Assembly: GCA_020201525.1 (NCBI GenBank)
Contig: JAIVGO010000094.1
Location: forward strand, 4,126 to 68,125
From: Actinomycetota bacterium
GTDB taxonomy: Bacteria > Actinomycetota > AC-67
Reading direction: 5' to 3'
DNA: 64,000 nucleotides
Shown here: positions 26,901-35,600 of the stretch, one piece after another
Layout of the letters: the number at the start of each line of letters is the position of its first letter
Position numbering within the stretch: position 1 is the stretch's first letter
Notes under the pieces: generated by a model
The model's database searches: none
What the model saw: the letters and a program-made list of their open reading frames with translations, nothing else
Told to the model about the DNA's origin: nothing
Made by a program: the position numbers and the translations under genes

Positions 26901-28919
26901 ACGCCAACCCCCGCCGGGGTTCTGGCCGGCGACGTCATGATCGCCGCGATCGCCACCCGCGGCGTCGCCACCGTCAGCGCCCCGACCGGCTGGAACCAGA
27001 TCGGGACCGGCATCGCCAACGGCAGCAGCATGACCGTGAGGAGCTACTGGAAACTGGCCAACGGCTCGGAACCCGCCAGCTACGCCTGGACACTCTCCGA
27101 AGCGAAGGCGGCCACCGGCAGCATCGTCGCCTACAGCGGCGTCGACAGCACCAACCCGATCGACGTCACCGCCGGATCATCGAACCTGTCGAACTCGACG
27201 TCGATCGTCGCTCCCAGCGTCACCACCACCGCGGCCAACGAACGGGTCGTCGGCCTGTTCGCCACGATGGCCACCGCCACGCCGGCGCTGATCAACCCGC
27301 CAACCGGGATGGTGGAACGAGGCGAGGACAGCGCTGATGCCAACGCTCAGCCACCCGCCACCCTCGAGGTCGCCGATTTCGTCCAGTCCATGGCAGGCGC
27401 CACCGGCGACAAGACGGCCACGGCCAACGCCGCCGACCGCACCACCGGCCAGCAGATCGCCCTGCGAAACGCCCCACCCCCCACCGGTACTATCACCGCC
27501 CGGAGCTGGACCGCCGGCCACAACGACGCCACCACCACCAGCGTCGTCGTCACCAAGCCGACCGGCACTGCCAGCGGCGACGTCCTCATCGCCGGCATCG
27601 CCACCCGAGGCACCCCGACCGTCACTGCACCGACCGGGTGGACCCTCATACGGACCCGGGAAACCGGCAGCAGCTGGACCCTCCAGAGCTACTACCACGT
27701 CGCCGGCAGCAGCGAACCGACGAGCTACACCTGGACCCTCTCGGTGGCCAAAGCCGCCGCCGGGACCGTCACCGCTTATACCGGAGTGGACACGACCAGT
27801 CCAATTGACGTGACCAGCGGCCATCTCGACAACACCGCCGCGACGTCGATCACCGCCACCGGGGTTACCACGACGGCGGGCAACGACCTCGTCGTCGGCA
27901 TCTTCGAGAACACCGGAGCAGCCACCTTCACCCCACCGGCAGGGATGACCGAACGGGGCGAAGACCAGTCCAACGCCGCCGGACAGTCCCACGTCGACAT
28001 TGAAACCGCCGACATTTCCCAGACCACGGCCGGTGCCACCGGCGACAAAATCGCCACCGGCAGTGCGGCGAACACCGGCGCCGCCGAACTCGTTGCCCTC
28101 CGAGCCGCTCCGTCCGCACCGCCGGCAACGACCTCCGTCACGACCATGATCAGCGGGCCGAGTGGGCTGCTTGTCATCGATACCAATGGAACCCCCGCCT
28201 ACCCCCTGGCCAACGCCCACGGCGACGTCATCGGCACTGTCGACGCCACGGGCGTCCTGACCGCCAACCCGCTGGTAGACGAGTTCGGAAAGGCCGTCGC
28301 CAACGGCCAGCCGGTCAACGGGCTCGGCTGGCTCGGCGACAAAGAACGCTTCACTGTCGCCGGCAATGGCACCATCCGCATGGGCGTCCGCCTCTACGAC
28401 CCCAACCTCGGACGATTCCTCTCCGTCGACCCCGTCGAAGGCGGGAGCGCAAGCGACTACGATTACGCCAAGGGCGATCCCGTCAACGACTTCGACCTCG
28501 ACGGACGGATGTGCTTCGTCAGGTGCGGCTGGGGCAGGGCGGGCCGGCGAGTTGCGCGAGTCGCGAGCGTCGTCGCTAATGCGACTTCCTTGTCCAGCAT
28601 TGCACTAGTCGGCGGGTGCGCTCTTGCAACCGTAGGGAGCGCTGGGATCGCCGGCGCAGTCTGCCTCGGCGCCACAGTTACCACTTGGGCGACCATTGGC
28701 GGTCACGCCGTCGCTGCCGCAGGATACGCAGTCGATCAGGACTGGGGCGCGGCGGGTCACTCAGCCTTCAATGCTGGCTGGTCATATCTCACAAGGAACA
28801 GCGGCGCTACCCGAGCGATCTTTGGTTCTGGACGTGGCTTCGCCTTCTTTCAGGTCGGCATCCATCTTCCTATCGCCGCCTGGAAATGGGCTTACAATAT
28901 GCGGCAGGAGATGTACTAA
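20985..28919 (+). CDS. Secreted RHS/YD-repeat polymorphic toxin (RHS2), 2644 aa. Order: shared N-terminal module, DNRLRE-like domain, FN3-like repeats, PA14-like domain, YD shell, tandem inserted domains, RHS core, glycine-zipper CT.
   Basis: Signal peptide. PA14-like segment (RLVADDGVQIYVDDQLQ...IRIDYFQD). Many YD repeats. RHS core GNGTIRMGVRLYDPNLGRFLSVDP...DPVNDFDLDG. Then a 137-aa hydrophobic Gly/Ala-rich tail. Confidence 0.85.
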   Translation: MRRSSPSTAATRTSLHRARRWAVRPTAWMMALSVITSGLSIVPAVAAGAEAKSGTAGTTTLANVPSEPAAAPTAPAVPLGDFSNPPSRESNKSSMTTSAGPTIRVQPAADRFRPGKSVELPELRKANEKTFLNPDGSHTTQVFNAPVHVLDSSGKWEDLDTTLTSAVGGRFKSKTTQAPVDVAAKGTDAVLGRLTVDANHSAAFAMAGARQVPATVAGDVATYTGIQPGVDLRLASHPDGLKEDLVLASKDAPDHFVFPLTLKGLTASIDSTTGDVVYRNSAGTEVARTPHGWMADSNVDPKSGEPARSFGVVYRLVDIGKGHVALDVQLDRAWLQAPERQFPVTVDPSYWLSTTLSDDTYVQRPFVNNQGFWSTDSVLKVGHADDPGLPSDNLAQSFMHFDVSGLNGKQIVDASFYAYETWSWSCAARGVGLYRITQPWSTSDSFMQSFPGASYADQVAWGSFAMGHDAGCPAGWAFWDITPTVTKWTNGTWDQYGLMLKVDSVSEGDVYAWKKFASWNTALATSSCDIPGNPNPEDPYLTKCIPHINIDWQDPAPPNNPPTAPAMVTPPSPGNGTGIGTLTPQLQVSSTDPDGDAISYRTEVSTDPGFGSFTAVCDWGGPTCNPTGLAWNRTYYWRAWSRDATHTTSPAAVWSFSTPNAAPSPGTPLTPPNGNGITTLMPILEANAGSDPNNDALRYWFRLSADDDPEVHTLWDSGWLNSSQWVIPGIPSAKVVNPAQPTTPILKDGATYSWKLYSTDDINGQVQSATWKFKVSFRLGDQPSSPLDAVGPVTVNLATGNVVVKAATPTMTTVSGPMGISFTYNSLAPAASTPALPQGWSMSLDDEATLAYSGLLTQPNGESIVLVSPDGGTSEYRRTGTATSTWAPLNADDSAVVTQSSNGDYIVQGGDGITYRFGPDGQGNWVLQDATQAADDQGHPSSLFSHWDTTTGRLSSVEDPVSHRSMNLIYGGGSPDYCFPPTETGISTPAPGRLCRIEFTDGANPIFSTKLGYDFDISGPDQIIAIQNPPSTAGGADYDETNFVYANQGAYGLRMTAIRSPLANDNNQNPAELKRTDSDPLQLMTVLGYYTSGPAGGKVASVELPRALQSDPSRIIHSYGYSVQSVDVASAPNLYSEHTDVTVDDADPQPAPPAPGAPDLNLTLAKVRHVYLNLLGQVITDQDPAGNATHSDWWPDDRVRWTTDASGRRTGTAYDPEHRVAHVYGPAPVQIGSTACFSSVAPELPSGNCAVPDTSTAYDGTGKFYTYNVNDSTVSPIIPAAGASTGSPLNADGSSLMRGLIASYWAADPNGQWPPSPGAFIGQPVAHELIAPASGTFDQTWSSSPPGIAAGNQKWLARLTGEVVAPQPIDLRLVADDGVQIYVDDQLQSGGNFWGCCVNQQTQNNGVTIPIGVHRIRIDYFQDTLGAHLQLVCVNGCSGSLPLSYLSPRLGLVTSTRDADGKITTTQYGDTSNATYAADIARANPMITTVDPGGANLKTTTIYEPVGAGTYARLKTKQLPRWYGNLSPATMTTSTYYDGTVGKTNPCLPDPQTPVIQSGLLWKTTGPDPAGPDQARVEEQIYDVMGRVAATRAAVADQEPNDAWTCAVYDDRGQVTSSSDRLGNTTTNTYLGLRTASTFPDSKGVSRTTTQDVDLLGRPVRYTDEWGTVTRTVYDYLGRAVSTYRTLTGTSTEVKLTDLVYNDAGGVISTTEYSSGVGRTSTFTYDPAGRLLNTNRPNQVNTVETYNDQGAVATLTDKRATNPARQFSYTRTAGGRIVTESESVTAHTTSYLKADGVTPAYDGAGRLTRAVDGATIRTYDYDSDSNRCSTSSTVTDCSDTAYEYDEADRITASPFAAQYHHDLHGNVDWTKDGAGNFLLRYTYDGNDHATSIDDGATVTTDTLTPSGRVLEHVVAPSAGGPPTVDLIYGYAGSGDSPAYQINNLATSGTSSGSQPRSSASAHNNAGVDTTLVTPTPAGVLAGDVMIAAIATRGVATVSAPTGWNQIGTGIANGSSMTVRSYWKLANGSEPASYAWTLSEAKAATGSIVAYSGVDSTNPIDVTAGSSNLSNSTSIVAPSVTTTAANERVVGLFATMATATPALINPPTGMVERGEDSADANAQPPATLEVADFVQSMAGATGDKTATANAADRTTGQQIALRNAPPPTGTITARSWTAGHNDATTTSVVVTKPTGTASGDVLIAGIATRGTPTVTAPTGWTLIRTRETGSSWTLQSYYHVAGSSEPTSYTWTLSVAKAAAGTVTAYTGVDTTSPIDVTSGHLDNTAATSITATGVTTTAGNDLVVGIFENTGAATFTPPAGMTERGEDQSNAAGQSHVDIETADISQTTAGATGDKIATGSAANTGAAELVALRAAPSAPPATTSVTTMISGPSGLLVIDTNGTPAYPLANAHGDVIGTVDATGVLTANPLVDEFGKAVANGQPVNGLGWLGDKERFTVAGNGTIRMGVRLYDPNLGRFLSVDPVEGGSASDYDYAKGDPVNDFDLDGRMCFVRCGWGRAGRRVARVASVVANATSLSSIALVGGCALATVGSAGIAGAVCLGATVTTWATIGGHAVAAAGYAVDQDWGAAGHSAFNAGWSYLTRNSGATRAIFGSGRGFAFFQVGIHLPIAAWKWAYNMRQEMY
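26893..28125 (+). repeat. Tandem duplication of a ~195-aa domain of unknown function inside RHS2, between the last YD repeats and the RHS core.
   Basis: Copy 1: TLVTPTPAGVLAGDVMIAAIATRGVATVSAPTGWNQI...SYWKLANGSEPASYAWTLSEAKAATGSIVAYSGVDSTNPIDVT...ERGEDSADANAQ...AGATGDKTAT. Copy 2: TSVVVTKPTGTASGDVLIAGIATRGTPTVTAPTGWTLI...SYYHVAGSSEPTSYTWTLSVAKAAAGTVTAYTGVDTTSPIDVT...ERGEDQSNAAGQ...AGATGDKIAT. Confidence 0.5.
28508..28919 (+). other. C-terminal toxin (CT) domain of RHS2: glycine-zipper-rich hydrophobic domain, predicted membrane-inserting or ionophore-like toxin.
   Basis: After DPVNDFDLDG: ...ATSLSSIALVGGCALATVGSAGIAGAVCLGATVTTWATIGGHAVAAAGYA... (GxxxG/AxxxG zippers). GC is lower than the RHS body. 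Confidence 0.45.
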
Positions 28920-29201
28920 ATGCAGACCAGACGGGGCGATATCTTTGGCTTCAGCATCAGCGGCGTCATCGTTGCTATCCCCATCTTCATCATGGTGGCC
29001 GCGAACAAGCGTGCACCGGATTTAGCTCCGCTAGTTGCCGCCCTGGGAGGATTCGCTGGGATCATGGCTTCTGGCCTGGCATGGGCCAGCCTTGGCCGCC
29101 CTCCTGCCGAACGGCTGTTACGAGACCGGCCTGGCCTTGCGCTCTTGTGCTTCGCCCTTTTCGTCGTTGGCCTGATTCCTACAATCGTCTGGAGTAAATA
29201 G
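28920..29201 (+). CDS. Small three-helix membrane protein, putative cognate immunity protein for the RHS2 CT.
   Basis: The ATG directly abuts the RHS2 TAA. 93 aa with three hydrophobic segments (ISGVIVAIPIFIMVAA / LVAALGGFAGIMASGLAWASL / LALLCFALFVVGLIPTIVW). GC is lower. Confidence 0.6.
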   Translation: MQTRRGDIFGFSISGVIVAIPIFIMVAANKRAPDLAPLVAALGGFAGIMASGLAWASLGRPPAERLLRDRPGLALLCFALFVVGLIPTIVWSK

Positions 29202-29401
29202 CTTCGTCGAAGCCCGATCGCTCCTCTCGATACGGCCTATCCATGTGGGACCATTAAGTGCTTTTGATCTCTTCAGTGAGTGATGAGAGTGAGGAAACTT
29301 TTATGACACAACCGTTCCTCCGCACCGCGCCAAGTTGTCGGCCAGACTGCGTTTCGGTGTTATCTGGCTGACGCCGAGTTCTCAGGATTAAGCGTAGCCC
29401 T

Positions 29402-29797
29402 GTGATCAAAGAGTTCTGCCGACCACGACCGTGGGAGCCTGGGCGCCTACGGCATAGGCACTGCGCCCTTCTTCCAGCCCTTGCCCTGTTTCTGGTGGCT
29501 GGGTGCGCGTCATCGCATCATCTGAACGTTACGGCCGCGGGCTCTGCCCCAACGATTGAGATACAAGGGTCCTTCAACGGCAGCTCTACGACAGTGACGA
29601 CCTCGATCCCGACGTCGAGCACAGCGCCTACGTCAACGAGCGTGACAGTGGCGACCATCACGTCGACTACAAGAACTCCCGCAGCGACCGCCACGACGCA
29701 GAAGTATCTGGCAGGCACGACGACGAGCACTTTTCCAACAAGCGCGATCTGTCTGACGATCGTCAACGAGCACCCGAGCGCCGTGGAGTGGGCGTGA
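29402..29797 (+). CDS. Ser/Thr-rich lipoprotein. The downstream overlapping ORF 29788-30039 may be a frameshifted continuation.
   Basis: ALLPALALFLVAGCASS has a lipobox, followed by a Thr/Ser-rich low-complexity stretch. Confidence 0.35.
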   Translation: MIKEFCRPRPWEPGRLRHRHCALLPALALFLVAGCASSHHLNVTAAGSAPTIEIQGSFNGSSTTVTTSIPTSSTAPTSTSVTVATITSTTRTPAATATTQKYLAGTTTSTFPTSAICLTIVNEHPSAVEWA

Positions 29798-30382
29798 ACG
29801 GCGCCACGTACTCCTTGAGCCCGGGGAAGCACCTCGGTCCCTTGGCTGTTATTCCGAGGGCTGACCGAAACGACGCCTACTCGGCGAGAGTTCACGGCAC
29901 GCAATGCGGCGTGGGAGACTCCGGCCCTTTCTTTCAGAAGGATCCGGGAACCTCGATCACCATGCGGCTAGTGCCGGAAGGCGCCTGCGAGCCGGCCGGC
30001 ACAGACGCCCCCAACCTCGGGGTCGTTTTCGAAGGATGAGCCCGCCGAGAGCCTGACCGTACAGACATTCTGCTTCTGAGCACCGTTCTGGCCAGTTGCC
30101 ATTGGGCTTGACCCACTTCCGTTACACGCGGTTTCGGTGATCATGCCTTGAACTGAGCAGCGGACTCCACCGGGTTGTGGTGCCCAAGGGCGTCTGGTGG
30201 CTTTGACGCCGGTTATAGAACCCAACAAGTACCCGAATGACTCCCGGGCGGGCGCCGTTCGGCTGTTCTCGAGTGAAATGATGCTCGCGGCGTGTCCACC
30301 GGCGGGGTGAAGGACATCGCCGATCCGGATGAGAGTCGGCCCGCAGTTTCCTGGGCCTGGGGAAGGTCAGGTCTTCCGGGAG

Positions 30383-31372
30383 CTACGGAGCAACCGGTAG
30401 CTGACCGGCCCCGGGCGGAAGCCCCGTGGCCCCGGGGATCTGCATCGCCGGGATGGCGATCTGCTGCTGCAGCTTCACGAACGCTCGGCCAAGATGATTC
30501 TCGACGATCTTCGCCGCTGGACCGGCGAAGGTGTGCATGGTGGCGTGGAAGACGCTGAGCACCGCGTCTTGGAGCTGCTGGTCGTCTTCCAGATTTTCGA
30601 TCACCAGCCCTTGGGCCCGAGCACTTTCCCTGTCGATCCCGAGTCCATGAGATCTATGGATCGAATAGTCGCCAAAGAAGGCGGCAATTTCGGCCGCCTT
30701 CTCGGCGCCGCCCTCCTTGTCCTCTCGGAACATGTATCTCGCGAGCCACTCCGCAACCAGGTTCTTCGCCAGCTTCTCGGCGTTCTCGCACTCCTCGATC
30801 AGGGAAGTGCCGTACTGCTGCAGGATGGGGTACCACGCCCCGAGGACAGCTGGATTCTCGGCGCTCTCGCGCTTAGCGCGCTCGAACTGTTCGATGATCG
30901 CTCGAGCTGGCGCGAAACGCTGCTCAGTCGGTCGGAAGAACTGCGGACCGATCGGGCCTAGCTGGGAGTGCTTGCCCATCACGATGGCATCTCCCGCCAG
31001 CGCCCACATCGTGCCGGCGGACATCGCGGCCAAGGGGACGAGCACGCGGATGTGGTCAAACTTCTTCCGGAGGTACTTGACGATGCTGGCCGTCGCCTCG
31101 GCGCTACCACCCGGGCTGTGGATGATCAAGTCCAGGTTCGGCCCTTGGAGCCCACGGCAGACCTCCATCATTGCCTGCATGTCTTCGAGCGTGATTGACG
31201 ACGCCGGGTTGCTCCCCGCGAGCCAGTCGGTCGCGTACAGGATCGTCGGTCGGCCGGTGTAAAGGTGCAGCCGCTGTAGGTAAGCGCGCCGGATGGTGTC
31301 GAAGTCGGGTGGGCCACCTCGCGCTTGAGCCGACGCGTGGAGTTCGGCCAGGATTTCACCCCACGTTGGCAT
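30383..31372 (-). CDS. SDH-family (ClpP/crotonase-fold, S49-like) serine protease.
   Basis: LDLIIHSPGGSAEATASIVKYLRKKFDHIRVLVPLAAMSAGTMWALAGDAIVMGKHSQLGPIGPQ; compare ClpP (IN)SPGG. No signal peptide. Confidence 0.7.
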   Translation of the reverse strand: MPTWGEILAELHASAQARGGPPDFDTIRRAYLQRLHLYTGRPTILYATDWLAGSNPASSITLEDMQAMMEVCRGLQGPNLDLIIHSPGGSAEATASIVKYLRKKFDHIRVLVPLAAMSAGTMWALAGDAIVMGKHSQLGPIGPQFFRPTEQRFAPARAIIEQFERAKRESAENPAVLGAWYPILQQYGTSLIEECENAEKLAKNLVAEWLARYMFREDKEGGAEKAAEIAAFFGDYSIHRSHGLGIDRESARAQGLVIENLEDDQQLQDAVLSVFHATMHTFAGPAAKIVENHLGRAFVKLQQQIAIPAMQIPGATGLPPGAGQLPVAP

Positions 31373-31382
31373 TGCGGATCAG

Positions 31383-31589
31383 CTAGGGATTGGCGCCGGT
31401 GTCGAATCTGGTCGTGGTCGTTACGAACTGGACCTGGACACCGGTGTAGGGCGCGAGGCGCCCATAGAGCTCGGCGATCTCTGCAACGCCGGGGATCTTC
31501 TCCGCTTCCGCGAGCAGCACCGGCACTGTCCTGTCGTCCTTGCCTTCCGCCATGTCGCGGCTCGCCTCCCGTCGAGATCGCGGTGTCAC
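31383..31589 (-). CDS. Small hypothetical protein upstream of, and probably co-transcribed with, the SDH protease.
   Basis: 68-aa ORF ending 11 nt before the protease ATG. No recognisable motif. Confidence 0.3.
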   Translation of the reverse strand: MTPRSRREASRDMAEGKDDRTVPVLLAEAEKIPGVAEIAELYGRLAPYTGVQVQFVTTTTRFDTGANP

Positions 31590-31982
31590 AATTCAGAGTA
31601 CCCACGAACGCCGCGGCGGCAAGCTCGACACTCTACGTTCGCTACGCCTCGTTTACTGTGTTACCCGTGAGTTTAGTGTGGCCCGCGGGCCCGTTCGCAC
31701 AGCCGATCGAGCACTCCAACCGAAGGACGCTCGCGATGACTTATGGCAGCGACACCCTTCAGTTTCGAGTTCGAGGTGGGCCGTAGTCTTCAGTATCCTC
31801 TGGTCCCGGGAAATCCGCCGCGACCTGCGCTTTCAAGGCTGAACCCCGCATACGCGTGCCGCCTCGTGCCGCCTCGTTCTGCGGAGTGCGTTGACAAATC
31901 CGTTGACAAACGCGTCTGGCACCACTGGGGTCGGCCGAGCTTGCCAACTCGACCGGACCCACTGGTCAACGGCGTTTCGACG

Positions 31983-32365
31983 TCAGTGCGGGCGTTCAGG
32001 GGGAGGGTGGTCGTACCTGGCGTCAAGAGCGCGCTCACTCCGCTCGACGATTACAGCCAACTCCTGCCGGGGACGCTCAGCCATCATTACCGCTGACTCC
32101 AGCTCGCTCTCGTCGAGAATTAGCGGTAGCCGGGCGAAGACGTCGTCCAGCTCGCCGATCGATGGTTGAGCCGGTCGAGCACCCCCCGCAGGGCCGGACG
32201 GCGCCGCATGGATGAGCCGCTGAGGCCGGCATCGGTGGCCACCTCGACGAGCTCCCAGCCGCGATGGGCCGCTTCCGCCTCGATGGCGACTCTTTGGGCG
32301 TCCATTCCCAGGCCGGATTCGACCTGTTGGTCGGTGTTGACCCGGCTGTAGCCGATGGCCCGCAG
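31983..32365 (-). pseudogene. Serine recombinase (resolvase/invertase) N-terminal catalytic-domain remnant, frameshifted.
   Basis: LRAIGYSRVNTDQQVESGLGMDAQRVAIEAEAAHRGWELVEVATDAGLSGSSMRRRPALRGVLDRL matches the resolvase N-terminus. The nucleophile position reads N (RVNT instead of RVST). The frame breaks after LDRL. No ATG start. Confidence 0.45.
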
Positions 32366-32665
32366 CGGGGACTCCCTCGGCGGAGCGTTCTTCACCGGTC
32401 CTCCTCGGTCGCCCGCGTTCAGGGTTGGTGCCAACCCCCTGCACCCCCACCCCACGAACCCCCCACGCTGAGACGCCGATCTCCGGAAGCCAATGTTCAT
32501 TTGGCAGGTTGAGCCAGCGAAGTCCGACAAACCTCGGGCCGTGAACCGTGCGCTCGAACCCGAACGGGACGTTGCCGCGTTCACGGACGAAGGGACCTCA
32601 GAGGAAAGGCCGAACCTGATGGCGGCTCGTTACATCTTCGGTTCATCCTCTGCGGAGCGTCTTCC

Positions 32666-35600
32666 ATGGCTCGTCATCGCTCACTTGTCGCGCTGCTCGC
32701 GGCCACACTCATCACAGGCCTGCTAGCCCTGATACCTGCCACGCCAACGGCGCTGGCCGCAGCCAACAAGACGACACCCCGCCTCGTCAGGCAGACCGAG
32801 ACCACGGACGTCTACGCCAATGCCGACGGGAGCCGGACAGCGGTCTTCTATGCCGGGCCGGCGAACTTCTTCGACAAGACCACGAACCAGTGGCGCAAGC
32901 TCGACAAGGAGTTCCGTCGAGTCGGCGACCACCTCGAGAACGGCGCCGGGCCGGTGCGGGTCCAGCTGCCCAGCGATACCTCTGCCGGCAAGGTCACCGT
33001 GGCCAAGGACGACTGGTCGGCGAGCTTCGCGCTCGAGGACGCGAAACCCAACCGGCCCGGCAACGTCACCAAGGGCCAGGTCCGCTACGACGACGTCGCT
33101 GCCGCCGCCGGGGTGAGCCTCGACTATCGGATGTTGAGCAACGGCTTGAAAGAGGACATCGTCCTCGACCAGTCCCTGCCCGCCGGGTCGCCGGACCACT
33201 TCCGCTTCCGCCTCTCCGTCGCCGGAGCCACCCCGGCTGCCGTCGATGGCGGTACGGCCATCGCGCTCCAGGATGGCGCCGGCCACGAACTCGCCCGGAT
33301 CCCCCGGGGCATGATGGTCGACGCCAAGGGAGCAAAGGGCGTCGTGGACATGCATCTCGTCGAGCAGGGCGCATCCTGGTTTGTCGACGTCGCCCCAGAC
33401 CCAGCCTTCCTTCGAGGTGACCGGGCCTATCCCGTGCGCATCGATCCCAGCATCATCTACACGGCGACGGCGCCGACCGACTCCTTCACGGACTCGGTCT
33501 GCACGACCTGCAACTACAACGGCATGGCCACCCTCAAGGCCGGCTGGGCCAACGGCATGCCGGGGACCACGGAGTACTACTCGTACATCCGCTTTCCTGA
33601 CCTCACCCCCATCGTCGGCAAATGGGTCGCCAACGCCCAACTCCGTCTCGAAGCGACCTACCAGGTCGATCCGTCGAGCTACGGCGTGACCGCCTTGCGG
33701 ACCCACCAGTCGTGGAACGCCTCGACCATCACGTGGTCGAACATGGCGAACCACGGGCCCGAGAGCTCCCACGCGGCCGCCGGGGGCTACCCGGACTACT
33801 ACTTTGACGTCACCAGCTGGGCCCAGGGCTGGGCCGGCGGGCAAGACGGCGAGTGGATCAACGGCAAGTGGAGCCCCTACGGCGCCACCATCAACACCGC
33901 CGGCGCCGCCGCCTACTACCAACTCGGCGCCGCCGAATCGACCTTCGTGCCCAACATCCCCTCGCTGTCGGTCACCTACACCAACCAGAGCCCGAACCTC
34001 CCGACCGCGTTGTCGCCGGCCGACGGATGGACGGGAACCTCAACGCCCCAGCTCAGCGCCACGCTCAGCGACCCCGACGACAGCAACGGCTGGATCGAGT
34101 TCGACCTCGACAGCGCCAACACCGCCATCGTCCCAACCGTCAACGGGATCGCCTCCTTCACCCCGACGCTCGGAGCCGGCACCCACTCGTGGAGGGCTCG
34201 CGGCAGAGACTTCGATAGCGCCGGCCCCTGGACGGCCTTGCGGTACTTCACCGTCAACACCGCCCCCGCTATGCCGGACCAGCTCAGCCCCGCCGATGGC
34301 TACTACAGCACGACCCTGCCTGCCTTGTCGGCTCGCTATGTGGACGTCGACAACAACAGTGGGTCGCTCGCGTTCGAAGTCGACGGCGTGGCCCATTCCG
34401 TGACCGGAATCGCCAACGGCGCAACCGGCTCCTGCACGACAGCCAACCTGTGCCTCCCGAGCAGCCTGGCCCCGGGTCTCCACTCCTGGCGCGTCCAAGC
34501 TGTCGACGGGCTCGGGCTTCCCTCCACCTGGTCGCCGTACCAGCAGTTCGAGTACCACTATGCCGGGCAGGTTGTGCGCGAGGAATTCCCCGTCAACGGC
34601 TCGCAGTGGGACACTACGAAATGGGCGATCTCGAGCGGCCTCACCGTCTCGAACAACCAAGGTGTCTTCCCGGCCAGCACTGCATCGAAGCGGGCGACCG
34701 CGACAGCCGCCTACTTGCAGGACTCCGAAGTTTCGTTCACCTACTCCATCCCGGACCGCACGGCGGGAACCGAACTGCGCACCACGCTGCGAGGATACGG
34801 CGCCACCGGATCGGCGCAACTCCCCAACGGTTATCGCCTCGACATCCCATCAGGTCTGAATCAAGATGGTTCGACCACCATCTCACTCAAGAAGCTCGTG
34901 AACGGAGTGGTCACGCCGCTCGGATCATCCTTCAACTACACCGGGTCAGGCTACGTCAATACTCGTGTGCGGTTCCGTGTGGATGGTTCGACAATCAGCG
35001 TCAAGGTATGGCCGGCTGGAACGCTAGAGCCAACAGCATGGTCGGCTCAAAGGACTGACAGCAGCATCACTGCGGCCGGGACGCTTCAGATCGCCCAGTC
35101 CTGGCAGACCGGAAGCGGCCGCGTGATCAACGTCGACAACGTTACCTACGAAAACCGGTCCTTCTGGGGCGTTGACTCCTCGAAACCGATCAATCAGGCG
35201 AGGCTCGATGTCCTGAACACGCAGTATGGGGGAAGGCCGAACGTCTGGGGCCGGTACCTCACGACGCAAAAGTTAGACCGCCAGACATATGAAACGACGT
35301 ATTGCCCCCGGTGCGGTCTGAACGAAGAGCCTCCGGGCGACGAGATCACCTTCGCACAAAACAACAAGATCGCGATCCAAGTCATCCAACGGGCCAACAA
35401 CGGTGACATCCTCCTCGGTGAGCAACTCGGGCGCGACTACGCAAATCTCGCCCAGGAGCATGCGCAACGGCTCGGGATCCCCACCAGCGTGGCGATCTTC
35501 ATGAACATCGAGGAATGTGCGAACTCGTGTCGGGTTGATGCCGGATTCATCTGGGGGTGGTTCGATCAACTCGACCGAGTGTACGGACGCAAGGTGGGCT

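Noticed and set aside
29270-29400. 22-aa ORF (MTQPFLRTAPSCRPDCVSVLSG) in an AT-richer intergenic region.
   Set aside because: Too short and featureless. The region is more likely a promoter or regulatory spacer for the lipoprotein gene at 29402.
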